From Octopus sinensis (taxonomy: Eukaryota), in contig NC_043001.1 in NCBI RefSeq assembly GCF_006345805.1, positions 88,846,001 through 88,910,000 of the forward strand: a stretch of 64,000 nucleotides of DNA. Reading direction: 5' to 3'. Below the pieces are notes generated by a model, which saw nothing but the letters and a program-made list of their open reading frames with translations, made no database searches and was not told where the DNA came from. The translations under genes were made by a program, and so were the position numbers. Below are positions 37,352 to 50,222 of this stretch, one piece after another. Numbering within the stretch: position 1 is the stretch's first letter; every line of letters begins with the position of its first letter.

Positions 37352-38934
37352 CTAGCTTAAGGTGACCCGCTCTATGCGTGGGTGAGGGTGTGGTTGTTAC
37401 TTTCTGTTGCTTCCTTATCGCCACATTCTCCCTCTTTGTTTTTCTCACTTTCCCACTCTCTTACTCTTCCTTTCTCTCGGACTCTCCCTCGCTTTCTCTT
37501 ACTCTCTATCTTTATCTATCTCTCTCCCATTTATAAAAAACAAACGATCTTGAGTAAGTTGAGAAAGAAAATATTTAGAAAGATCAATCATAAATATCAG
37601 GCAGTGACAACAGAAAACACACTTGCCTTTTGTACGTGCCACTATTTGAGCAATTAAAAATAAGGGAAAAAAAGGATTTCTTTGTTAAATTTAGTATTTA
37701 TTTTGGGAATTTTTCGATGATTGACCATGCAAATGAAAGCTCTAAACACGGGTTACATGCAGCTGTAAATTTCTTTAAGAAAAAATGAAAACTGTAAACA
37801 ATAAAAAATAAAAGGCAAAAATATGTAAAAATGAGGAATTTTTTCAACTTCAAAAATCTTACCTTAATTTTCAAAATTTCAAACCCATTTTCCACGCTTA
37901 AATGACAAATCCACTTCCACTTTACCATGTTTTAAAAACCAATTTACCTTTTCTGTTGAGTTATGGCAATTCGACCGTCGGTGTGTGTTTGCAAATGTGT
38001 TCAAATGAGAAAGTGAATTGAATTTGGCGCCTTTTTTACTAATAACAAACACACACGTGTGTGTGTGTGTGTTTGAGTGTTTGTATGTAGTTGTTTGAAA
38101 CGTTTGTGTTTGTCACTGTCATATATGTATATGTTTGCATGTGTATGTGTGTGAGGAATGGCAAACCAGATAGATAGAGTGCGAAGTTCTTTTGAAGTTC
38201 ACGCTCCGTTTGTGTGTGTGTGTGTGTGTGTGCGTGCTTTAGGTGTACGTAGGTATGTGTTTTTGTGTGTGTGTCACTGAAGCCATACATACATATATAC
38301 ATACATAACCTCTCTCTCTTCTTTTCTCTCTCAGTCACTCACTACAAAAAGTGAATAAAAAAAGTTCAGTTATCTCTGTCTTTCACACATACACACAGAG
38401 CACAACATTACTCTCTCTGTCTCTTTACACACACTAACAAAAGCACTTCACTTACACACCACACTTTCTGTGTCGCACACCCCATCAAACACACACTCAC
38501 GCACGTTCACATGTACATCAATGCTTCCGATGCACACCAACTTCAAAAGAACTTCCCCAAAAAAAACGGAGGAAAGCATTTGAAATGAGAGAGGCAATTG
38601 TATATGTATATGTGTCTATGTGTGTGTACACTTGCAAAGAGAAAGTCGCAGAAAATGTGGTAATAGTTTGAGTGAAGCAGTTGAAATTAGAGAGGCAAAT
38701 CGTAAAATATTTACTTTTCTCGAATTTTTGCTTAATTGGGGGTCAAATTGAAAAAACTTTACATGCCATGACCCAATTGAATCTACTTGGAAAAATCATA
38801 GGTAAATTCCAATTGAAGAAATTCTATATTGTAGAATTGTATTAAAAAGAAACATGGGAACAGGCAGAGAAAATCTGCCTTTTATCATAAGAGATATAGC
38901 GGCGTACGTACACTTCGCTCTCTTATATATATAG
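37352..38934 (-). mobile_element. Non-autonomous Helitron/Helentron-like element
   Basis: Minus-strand 3' end ...CCCACGCATAGAGCGGGTCACCTTAAG-CTAG|T (GC-rich hairpin-like, then CTAG) at 37352. The other end reads CTATATATATAAGAGAGCG with a subterminal inverted repeat. The interior is microsatellite-rich. Confidence 0.6.
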
Positions 38935-39265
38935 CCAGTACCGCATTGACTGGCCTCCGTGCTGAGGGCACGTAACAAACACCATCTGAGCGTGGCCGTC
39001 TGCCAGCCTCGTCTGGCACCTGTGTCGGTGGCACATAAAAACACCATCCGAGCGTGGCCGTCTGCCAGCCTCGCCTGGCACCTGTGTCGGTGGCACATAA
39101 AATCACCCACTACACTCTCGGAGTGGTTGGCGTTAGGAAGGGCATCCAGCTGTAGAAACACTGCCAGATCTGACTGGCCTGGTGCAGCTTTCGAGCTTGC
39201 CAGACCCCAGTTGAACCGTCCAACCCATGCTAGCATGGAAAGCGGACGTTAAATGATGATGATGA
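38935..39265 (+). mobile_element. RTE 3'-UTR-derived short element with ~62-bp internal repeats (other copies 2730-2885 +, 9443-9700 +, 26650-26830 +, 51155-51365 -, 52550-52760 -)
   Basis: Matches the 3' tail of the RTE at 47180-47445 and ends in (GAT)n. Confidence 0.8.
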
Positions 39266-39449
39266 TATATATATATATAATATATAATATATATATATAT
39301 ATATTTACACGCATATATATATTTATACCTATATTTTTTTATCCTTTTCTTTTTCTTGTATTGTTTTATTTGTTTCAGTCATTTGACTGTGGCCATTCTG
39401 GAGCACAATTTGTAGTCGAACAAATGCATTGAATGTTGATGAAGATATA

Positions 39450-40330
39450 TTGGGTCATCCCATAAAAAATGCCGTTTTTTTTTTATACCTCTTTTAAGTA
39501 TAGAAAGAAGTATAAAATGTACTGTCCTTCATTTTCTACAATGCTCTCCCATCTATCTGGTAGACTTGCAAGTACTCTCATCTACAGAATTCATATTTTT
39601 TCTGTCCCAATGATAATCAGATGGGGCAATGTCCAGCAAATGTGGTGGGCAGGGTATTGTTTCCCATTCAAACTGCTCCAGTTTTTGGAATGTCATCCTT
39701 GCTGTATGTGGCCAAGCATTATCCTAATGGAAGAACACCTTTTATCTTGAAACCAAAGATGGTTGTTTTTCTTGTAGTGCTGACTTAAGCCACTCAAGCT
39801 GCTCACAGTAGATCTCCTGTTATCATTTGGTTTGGATTTAAAAGTTCAAAGTGGACTAAACTTTTCATATCTCACCAAGCGGATAACATCACCTTACATG
39901 GGTAGAGGCTTTCTTAAGCCTGAGGTGCTGGTGTTTCTTTTTTCTCTACCCAGTGATTTTAGTGTTTGCCCGTTTTTATAGGGAACCCATTTCTTGTCAG
40001 TAGTCACTATTCAGTCCAAAAAGAGGTACATTTGTGAGATGTGACAGCAAGGAAGTGCACACATTCACCCTCTGTGTGCAATTAAACTCAGAATGTTTGT
40101 GAGGAACCCATTGACCCAATTTTCTAACTATTCCGGTTGCATGCAGATGCCAATGAATGGTTGAATGACCAAATCCATGTTTTTCTGCTAGTCTACTCTG
40201 GTACATGTAATCCACAACCACCTGGAAACAACACTTCACAGATACGTAGATGCTTAACATTTTGCTTGCAATCTTCTAAAATTAAACAAGTTGCTTTCAT
40301 ATTTCTACTTAATGTCAATTCTTAAAAACA
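39450..40330 (-). mobile_element. Second, deleted copy of the 8268-9428 mariner family
   Basis: Same TIR at 39450. Minus-strand RKLGQWVPHKHSE in ORF 39997-40260. Confidence 0.85.
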
Positions 40331-40729
40331 ATTTTATAAAATGTGGGTGCTAAGGCACAACCTTGTCTCAAACTATTTATGACAGAAAATAATAGAGATA
40401 GGCCTCCATTGCCCCTAACATCACTAGCATTCCATCATGAAAGTAGTAAGCCATACTCATTTACATGGATTGACAACCATAATTGGTTAGAATTTTCTAC
40501 AAACTACCACAACACACTGTGTCAAAAGCTTTTGTAAGACCAACAGAGGCTATATACAAGGCATGATTCTCTCTATACACATCTGTTAGATCTGGTTTAT
40601 TGCAATGATCATAGCAGTGAAAGCCACATTGGTTTATCTGACAGGATATAGTGATGGTTATTGAAGTAATTCAAGAGCTTTCTTGCCAAAATTTTAAGAA
40701 TGTCTGTCACATTTTTTTTATACAGATGA

Positions 40730-41000
40730 ATAATTGTTATATCCTTGTACACTTAGGGAATGATGCCTACTGATCACCTGAAAGGAAACAGGTCAGTTTT
40801 TCAGCAAGTCTTTCACCACTTTGGGCACATATAAAAGTAGGAATTGAATCAGCCTCTGGTGCTTTATTAAAATAAAGTGACCTTATAGCTTCATTAATTT
40901 CAAAAGAGGTGGAAATTTCATCAAAAGCTGTGTTGATGGGAATTTGTATGATGCAACTTTTGGACTGTCCAAAATAATGATTGGCCTCTTTCAATTATCA
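40730..41000 (-). mobile_element. RTE RT-region fragment
   Basis: EINEAIRSLYFNKAPEADSIP in ORF 40767-40994. Confidence 0.6.
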
Positions 41001-41275
41001 TCAACTAATTTCATTTTCAATAAGATGCCAGCCAACAGCATCTACACTGGAGCTGAACCCCTAACCATGTGATGAAGTGAACTTCTTAACCATGCATATT
41101 TACTCATGGGCTTAGTTCAACAAGATACCTCTTGGAATCACCTAATGAAACACATCTACACCAAGGGATACACCCTATCCAGTTGTGCAGTATCCCACCC
41201 ACAAGGAATTGGAAAACGATTGTAGTGATCAATTAAGGTTCTTGTATATTCCATCTTCCATCTCTCTTATTGATT

Positions 41276-41321
<46 letters not shown>

Positions 41322-42384
41322 GCGGTGGTAAGAAGTTTGCTTCCCAATCACGTAGTTTTGGGCTGACCAAAGCTTTGTGTGTGAAGGAAACTGAAAGCAG
41401 CTCGTCGTATATATACATACATGTGTGTGTCCATGTTGGTACCCCGCCACCGCTGACAACCGGTGTTGATGTGTTTACGTCCCTGCAACTTATCAGTTCG
41501 GCAAATGAGACCAATAGAATAAGTACCATGCTGAAAACGAAGATGAGTGTTGGGGGGTGGGGTCGATTATTTCGACTAAAATTCCTCAAGGCCGTGCTAT
41601 AGCATGGCCGCAGTCTAATGACAAATAAGTAAAAGATATATAGAATAATTTGTGTTAATCGGGGCGTCAAATTTTGCCAAATGCTTACACACACACACAA
41701 CTATACTACGATCATTTTGTGATCATCTGACTTTAAAATCACACTTCGCTATCTAATGATCCCTTTTTTTTCTTTTACACCACATCATCCAATGTGTCCT
41801 TCCTGTGAGGGAGATTTGACTGCTATTTCTAGTAGATCGTAGTGGCTCACTTATTGGCTCGTGTGTTTGATGTTATTCGATAGGCTGTCTATAAGTGTTG
41901 AAGTGTACCTATCTGTGTATTTGCTTCAAAAAGCGTGGGAGTGAAAGATGTGGGGGAGGGCATTCAGTATTATCCTGTATTGTGTCGACACAGCTGCTGT
42001 AATGATGGTGGTGGTAGTCCCAATTGAGTCTGTGTGTGTGGTGGGAGTGAGTCAGCTCATTGAAGCCAGCCATTAAAAGAGATCACGCCACTTTTGCTGC
42101 CACGGCAACCAGATCTGCTGTTTTCTCTTGTTCACTATTGCACCTTGGTAACCACCCACTGCACCCCTCTCTTTCTCCTCTCTCTCTCTCTCTCTCTCTC
42201 TCTTCCTCTCCCCCGGCTCACACCACTGTCTCTTTCCTCATTGTCGTTCCTTCTACTTTTCTGTACCACACGCGCGTACATACACCTCACCTGTCTAGTA
42301 TTTTCATTCCCCGCCCTGTCTGTCTTTTTGTGTATCTCTCTTTTGTGACAGTATGTGTTTGTGTCAGTATGTCCATATACCATG

Positions 42385-42451
<67 letters not shown>

Positions 42452-42594
42452 CCTCTCTCTCTCTCCCTCTCTCTCTCTCTCTCAACGATCTCCCCGCCTA
42501 TATACGTATGTCTATCTAATACAGAAGAAAAAGGCTGTTTGCATGTCTGTCACTCTTTCTATTTGTCTATCTGTTGGTCTCCCTGCTTGTCTGC

Positions 42595-42629
<35 letters not shown>

Positions 42630-42796
42630 ATCTATCTATCTATATGTCTGTCTGTCTGTCTGTCGTCTATTTCTGTCTATCTGCTTATCTATCTGTCTGT
42701 CTTATCTATTTATCTATCTATCTGTCTGTCTTATCTATCTATCTGTCTGTCTTATCTATTTATCTATCTATCTATCTATCTATCTATCTGTCTGTC

Positions 42797-42866
<70 letters not shown>

Positions 42867-42925
42867 GTCTGTCTTATCTATCTATCTGTCTGTCTGTCTG
42901 TCTGTCTTATCTATCTATTTATCTA

Positions 42926-42979
<54 letters not shown>

Positions 42980-43260
42980 TTTGTCTCGGTCTTTCTGTCT
43001 GTCTGTCTTTCTGCCTATGTCTGTCTATCTGCTTATCTATCTGTCTGTCTTATCTATCTATCTATCTATCTATATCAAGTTTGTTAATCTGTCTGTTTGT
43101 CTGTATGTCCATCTATCCGTCTATTTATCTATGTATGTATGTATATATCTATCTATCTGTCTAGCTATCTTTCTATCTAAGTCTATCTTTGACTATCTTT
43201 CTGTAATCTCTCTTCCAGTTAATGTATGCATCTGTCTAGCTGTAGTTATTTTTGTTTCTG
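42385..43260. repeat. Compound microsatellite (CT)n/(ATCT)n/(GTCT)n
   Basis: Directly visible. It generates the spurious 405-aa ORF. Confidence 0.95.
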
Positions 43261-43958
43261 TAAGTTTGTCAGTATGACTGTACTTTTTATCAGTGTGCTT
43301 AAAAAAGTAGTTTACCCATGACATCAGCTCTTCCTACAGGGGTACGTGGGTGAGTTTCATCCAGGTTAATATTCAGTTTGAATTTGTGTAGGTTGTTGTT
43401 TAGCCCCTAGACAACCTTGATCTTGATCCAAGCAGACTTATGATTCAAAGCTACTCCAGCCATTACCAGTCTCTCATTTTCTTTTTGGTGGGTATCACAT
43501 TATCCAACGTGTTTTTTTTTTAAATAGTTGGAGGTGACTTGAGAGAAATTTGGCTGCTATTTCTAGCATCAAGTGATCATTTAGGAGCTCTCTAACTGAA
43601 TCAGACTATTCTGTGAGTGAGCGAGTGTGTGTGTGTTGGTAGAATCAATGTCTTAAGTTCAAATCCTTTAGGTTAACTTTACCTTTCATCTTTCCTGAGT
43701 CGGTAAATTAATAGTGTAGTCTTGGGCTCAAATAGTAACAACTTAGCTCCCTACTCTACCTATCCTTTTTCTTTGTATTATCCTAAATGTTTTCAGCCTT
43801 TGTGATCAGTAAAGTATTATTGTTAAGGCAATGAGCTGGCATGGAATATGAAGGTTTTGGACGAGAGTCCCTTAGTCTGAGGATAGGTGGTATTGGTGGA
43901 AAACTGCAAGTTCATTTCTTGCTTTTCTTTTCGTGATTTTTGACATACAATATGTGTG

Positions 43959-43991
<33 letters not shown>

Positions 43992-44029
43992 CGTATGTGT
44001 GCGTGCGTGCGTATGTGTGTGTGCGTGTG

Positions 44030-44089
<60 letters not shown>

Positions 44090-44093
<4 letters not shown>

Positions 44094-44460
44094 CAGGAAG
44101 ACATGGGTTGAGGTGGTGAAGCATGACCTTCAAATTTTGAGACTCACAGAGACAATGACAAGCAACCAAGACCTTTTGAGATATTCCGTGCTTGAGAAGA
44201 CCTGGCTAGCCAAGTGAGATTGTAGCCTTGGCCAATGTCCGTGTTGCATAACTGGCTCATTTGAAAGTACTCTTCAATCGGCAGGCAATATGCTCTGCTT
44301 GAGAAGACCTGTTGAGTCAAGTGAAAGCATATACATGGCCGATGCCAGTGCCGCCTGACTGGCTCCCATGCCGGTAGCATGTAAAAAGCACCCACTACAC
44401 TCTTGGATTGGTTGACGTTAGGAAGGGTATCCAGCTGTAGAAACCTTGCTAGATCAGAGT
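44090..44460 (+). mobile_element. RTE 3' end (last codons plus 3' UTR)
   Basis: PRKTWVEVVKHDL followed by the GTTGACGTTAGGAAGGGTATCCAGC tail motif. Confidence 0.7.
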
Positions 44461-44732
44461 GGTGCCTGATGCAGCATCCTGGCCAAATTGTTACAGAGAT
44501 GGACAAAAAAATGTCTTGAGATATTTGTGGCTGTGTGGCAAGAAGCTTGCTTCCCAACCACCTGGTTCCAGTCTCATTGTGTGGGCAAGTGTCTTCTACT
44601 ATAGCCTTGGCCGACCAAAGATTTGTGAGTGGGTTTGGTTTATGGAAACAGAAAGAATCCCATCATATGTGTGTACGTGTGTGTTTGTGTCTTTGTCCCC
44701 CACCATTGCTTAACAACCAGTGTTGGTGTTAG

Positions 44733-45103
44733 AGTTCTATATTTAAGAGATGAGGAATTATGTACATTATTTATATTATTTACATTCGACATATTTATCC
44801 TCATCTTGCTTGTTGTCGAATGTAAATAATGTACATAATTCCTCATCTCTTAAATACAGAACTGTATTATCTAATCAGTACAGAGCCGGCATTAGACTTC
44901 AATGAAGACAAATAGAGAAACTCCATCAAAAACTAGCTCATCTTTCAAACCATCTTTCTTATGTAGATGTAGATACCTTAGGAATTAGAACCCAGGTTCG
45001 AAATTTCCCCAAGACACCTGAAGAAGGCTGGAGGGTATATCAGCTGAAACATGTTAACAATAAACAAGAAAAGGACAAATATCCGTCGATGTAAATAATG
45101 TAG
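44733..45103 (+). mobile_element. Penelope-like fragment with inverted terminal segment and hammerhead remnant, inserted into a SINE
   Basis: Long inverted repeat 44733-44863. CTGAAGA-A-GGCTG...CAGCT-GAAAC at 45018-45050. The 3' end (45060-45103) is inverted relative to 44762-44813. The host SINE resumes at ~45104. Confidence 0.6.
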
Positions 45104-46121
45104 TGTTAGTGTGTTTATGCCCCCATAACTTAGTGGTTTGGCAAAGAGATCAATAGAAAAAGTACCAAGCTTAAAAAATAAAGTATTGGGTTGATTCAAT
45201 TGACTAAAAGTTCTTTAAGGCAATGCCCCAGCATGACCACAGTCTAATGACTGAAACAAGTAAAAAGTAAAAGATACACACACACACACTCAGAGAGAGA
45301 GAGAGAGAGAGATAAGCATCGTTTTGTGATTAAGAACTTTGCTTCACAACCACATGATTTCAGGCTCAGCTCCACTGTGTAGTATCTTGGGTACGTGTCT
45401 TCTGCTGTAGCCTCAGGACAACCAAAGCCTTGTGAATGAATCTGGTAGAATGATACTGAAAGTAACCCATTGCATATATGTATGTGTATGTGTGTGTGTC
45501 TCCTTGACATTGTGTTATAGTTGTGTCACCATCATACAAGAAGTGTCGCTCATTTCCACTCTTTTCCCAAAAACATGTCCAACAAACGAGAGTCCTAGAC
45601 TTGGCAATAGGTGAAGGTTGGCAACATGAAAGGCTTCCAGCTAAAGAAAATCTGACCTGTGCAAGCATGGATAAGTGGACATTAAAAATGACGATGATGA
45701 TGATGACGACAATGACGTCATCATTGTAGGAGTAGTAGTAGTAGTAGTTTGCTAGAGTAAGATTTTTATAACTCTTTGTATTCTCCACACCTCTGAGCTG
45801 TGCATTCCAAATACTGCAATAACCTTTTATCTTTTGTTTTAATCATTAAACTGTGGCCATACTGGGGCACTCTCTTGAAGAATTTTAGTCAAATAAATCA
45901 ACCCCAGTACTTAATATTTTTTTGTTTTTTTTTGGTAAAGTCTGGTACTTATTCCATCAATCTCTGTTGCTAAACTGCTAAGTTATGGTGACACCAGCTC
46001 CAGTTGTCAAATGGTGGTGGAGGACAAACACATACACAAAGACACACATGCACATGTACATATACATGCATACATATATACATATATATATATTATATGT
46101 ATATGTATATATATGTATATA

Positions 46122-46180
<59 letters not shown>

Positions 46181-46978
46181 ATATACATATACACACATAC
46201 ACAACAAGCATTTTTATTTTACATCAAACCCACTCACAAGACTTTGGTCAGTCCGACCCTATAGTAGAAGAAACTTGCCCCAAGTGCCACACAGTGGGAC
46301 TGAACCTGAAACCATGTGGTTGGGAAGCAAACTTCTTACCACACAGTCATGCCTGCCTCTATATAGATATATTAATGTCCCATGACACACTTGTGTCCCC
46401 TAATTGTTGGAGGTGATTAAGCTATTGATTTTCGCACAGCAAAATGTGTTTGGAAATACTCATTATTAAAGGGCTTGTTTATCCACAAGTCATTTCTGAC
46501 TTGTGGGCACAGGCGGGATCCACAACACCAGCCTCTCAACTCACTATTTAAAAGCCAATTCACTTAATCCTCTATAAACTAAAGAGAGGAAAGAAGGTCA
46601 GCAATATGTATAATGTAGTCTTCAAATGACAAACTGGTCGTTTATTAAAATTAGGTTATATAATGTGTATGTAGCATCAATAATTTGAGAAGAAAGACTT
46701 AAATCCCATGATGAGTTTGGGAAACTTGTAAAGCTGGTGGAAAATTTTTATTTTCTAGAAGATTTTCATGTCAGTTGTTGTGTATCTTTCTGCCATTCAG
46801 TTAATCAGTTTGTGCATCTATATGTCTATTATTTTCCCTTCACTATTATTTCTAATTCCGTTTTTTCTGTGAAAAACATGTTTGACTTGGTGACACATGT
46901 ACATGAGTGGAGATCTGATAACATGTATTCAATATTGTGTGTATATACAAAAATACATGTGTGTGTATACATAAATAC

Positions 46979-47067
<89 letters not shown>

Positions 47068-47179
47068 TATGTGTGTGTGTGTATGTATTATATGAATATA
47101 TATATTGTGTTTGTAAGTGTGTATATATATATATCTTGTGTTTGTATATGTGTGTATATATGTATGTATGTATGTATGT

Positions 47180-49470
47180 ATATCATCATCATCATCATCG
47201 TTTAGCGTCCGCTTTCCATGCTAGCATGGGTTGGACGGTTCAACTGAAGTCTGGGAAGCCAGAAGGCTGCACCAGGCCCAATTTGATCTGGCAATGTTTC
47301 TACGGCTGGATGCCCTTCCTAACGCAAACCACTCCATGAGTGTAGTGGGTGCTTTTTACGTGCCACCGGTACAGGTACCAGACGAGTCTGGCAAACGGCC
47401 ATGATCGGATGGTGCTTTTTATGTGCCACCAGCACGGGGGCCAGGAAAGTGACAGAAGTTGGTCTCAGAGCATTTTCAGTGTTTATTGTTCCTGAGCATC
47501 TGCCACATACAAAAACCATCTTCCTAGTTAGCCTTCCTTTGACATTGCTGCACCTCTTATGTGTCCATAGCTTACACTTGGTGCATCTTATAGAGTTTCT
47601 ACCTACACCTTTTCTACAGATCGAACCGGGCCATCTACCTGAAGGCGTTTGTGATTTGTCTACCTTCCTACTTATTAGGACTTTGGTTTTAGCTAGATTG
47701 ACTCTAAGGCCCTTCAATTCTAATCCTTGCTTCCACACCTGAAACTTCTCCTCCAGTTCTGATAGTGACTCAGCAATTAGAGCAAGGGCATCCTGTCTTG
47801 AATTCCTCCGTTATTACCTGGAGGACTATGATAAATAGGAGGGGGCTGAGGACTGAGCCTTGGTGGACCCCTACCTCTACCCGGAATTCTTCACTGTACT
47901 CGTTGCCAACCCTCACCTTACTAGCAGCGTCCCTGTACATGGCTCGCACAGCTCTCACTAACCATTCATTTATCCCTAGTTTCCTCATTGACCACCAGAT
48001 AAGGGATCGGGGGACCCTGTCGAAGGCTTTCTCCATGTCAACAAAAGCCAGGTACAGGGGCTTATCTTTGGCTAGGTATTTCTCCTGCAGCTGCCTTACC
48101 AGGAATATAGCATCAGTGGTACTTTTCCCTGGCACGAACCCAAACTGCATCTCATCTAAACTAACTCTCTCTCTAATTAGTTGGGCTATGACCCTCTCTG
48201 TAACCTTCATCACCTGATCCAACAGCTTGATACCTCTGTAATTATTTGTATCTAGGGCGTCACCTTTACCTTTGTAGCAGTTGACTATTATGCTGCTACA
48301 CCAGTCATTGGGTATGACTCCTTCGTGTATCACCTGATTAACTATACGGGTGACTAGGCTATAGCCAACACTACCAGATATTTTGAGCATCTCTGCAGTG
48401 ATTCCTGATAGGCCTGGGGTTTTCCCTGTCTTCATGTTTCTAATTGCCTTAACTACCAAGGAACTGTCAACTCGGATAGCAGGTCCCTCTGTTGGGTCAA
48501 CATTCGGCAGACTCTCTTTATCCCATTCATTTTCTTTATTCAGCAACCTTTCATAGTGGCGTCTCCAAACCTCTCTCTTTGCATCCTCATTTAGCGCAAG
48601 TGAACCATCTTCCATGCAAACACACTTCTCTCCTACCACATCACAATTCTCTCTCACACACTGTCTTGCAACGCGAAACACCTCCAGTCTTTGGTCCTCA
48701 CGGTGCAGAACATTGGCAAAATTTTTCTTATCTGCTTCCCCTCTGGGTAGATAGACCTGTCTCCTAGCTTACCTTTTGGCAGTCTGATACAATTCCCTGC
48801 TACCACCATTCTTCCAGTCCTTCCAAGTTTTTCTCTTTTCTCTAATAGCCCTGTCTACAACACTGTTCCACCACCACGTTACCTTGGGACGAGAGGGGAC
48901 TTTGCACCAGCCACAGATCTGGTCAGTGGCTCTCAGCAGGTTGTCCCTTAGAAACGTCCAGTTGCCTTCTGCCCCATGTGATACTCTATCCCCTTCTACT
49001 TCATCAAAGGCTTCAAGTAGCATGTCCCTAAATCTCTGTCCATTCGCAGGATCTTTAAGCTTCCAGATCCTTCTTCTCCATGTTGGTCATCTTCTGGTTG
49101 TCCTCCTAGTCCTGATCCTAAAGTCACTAACTACCAGTCTATGTTGTGGGGTACATTCTTCGCCTGGGAAGGTTTTGGCATTTATAAGCAGCCATCTCTC
49201 CCTTTGCCTGGCAAGGATGTAGTCAATTTGGCTGGTATGTTGGCCCGATTGGTAGGTGACTAGGTGGCTGGTAGGTTTCCTGAAGTTAGTGTTGCAAATC
49301 ATAAGATTATTTGCATCGCAGAACTCCAGCAGCCTGGTTCCCTCCTCGTTGCGGGAACCATAGCCATAGCCTCCATGTACGCCATGGAAGCCCCCAGCAT
49401 GTCGTCCAACATGACCATTGAAGTCACCAGCCACAAAGAGAAGGTCTCTGTCGTTCGTCAACGAGGTAGT
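47180..49470 (-). mobile_element. RTE-clade LINE, 5'-truncated and internally deleted, with 3' UTR and (GAT)n tail
   Basis: Endonuclease (AGDFNGHVG, SQIDYIL), RT (NYRGIKLL, FVDMEKAFDRVPR, GVHQGSVLSPLLF), a Cys/His finger at 47530-47650 and tail ...GCGGACGCTAAAC(GAT)n at ~47180-47210. Confidence 0.93.
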
Positions 49471-49502
49471 CTATGTATACATATTGTATGTGTGTGTGAG
49501 TA

Positions 49503-49790
49503 TCTTAATATATAAAACTGAGAATCTCTGTCTGTCTGTAAATCCCTAAAACTCGGGAACTACACAACTCATTTCATTCATATTTTACACATGCCTTACT
49601 TAGGGTACATGCAGTGTCATGGGCCAAAAAAATTTTCATCTTCTTGCCTAATGCGAGCCTGGAGCAATCTCTTATCCCTTACACTATTTCACATGTTAAA
49701 AGTGAAACAAAATCTCTACTGCAATGTGAGATACTTTCGGTTTAATACTATTAATACTGAAACTATTAAAGTGAAACTATTATCTCACAT
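49503..49790 (+). mobile_element. Helitron-like 5' fragment
   Basis: A|TCTTAATATATAAAACTGAGAATCTCTGTCTGTCTGT is a typical TC-start non-autonomous Helitron/HINE head. It abuts the truncated RTE. Confidence 0.5.
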
Positions 49791-49794
49791 ATAC

Positions 49795-50222
49795 ATGCAT
49801 ACGTACATATATTATGTATATATATCACATATGTATGTGTGTGTATGTGTATATGTATATATGTATATACGTATATATGTATATATATATATATATGTAT
49901 ATGTATATACGTATATATGTATATATATATATATATATATGTATATGTATATATGTATGTATATGTATATATGTATGTATATGTATATATGTATGTATAT
50001 GTATATATGTATGTATATGTATATATGTATGTATATGTGTATATGTATATATGTATGTATATGTATATATGTATGTATATGTATATATGTATGTATATAT
50101 ATATATATATAATGTATATATGTATATGTGTGCTTGTCTATGTATATATATGTCTATATATATATTATATATGTATAAATATATATGTGCATGTATTTAT
50201 GTGTATATATATGTGTACATAT
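49795..50222. repeat. Compound TA/TG microsatellite with a higher-order TATATGTATGTATATG-type unit
   Basis: Directly visible. Confidence 0.9.

Noticed and set aside
42060-43277. 405-aa ORF and overlapping long ORFs
   Set aside because: Open only because CT/ATCT microsatellites lack stops. The translation is SL/YLSI repeats.
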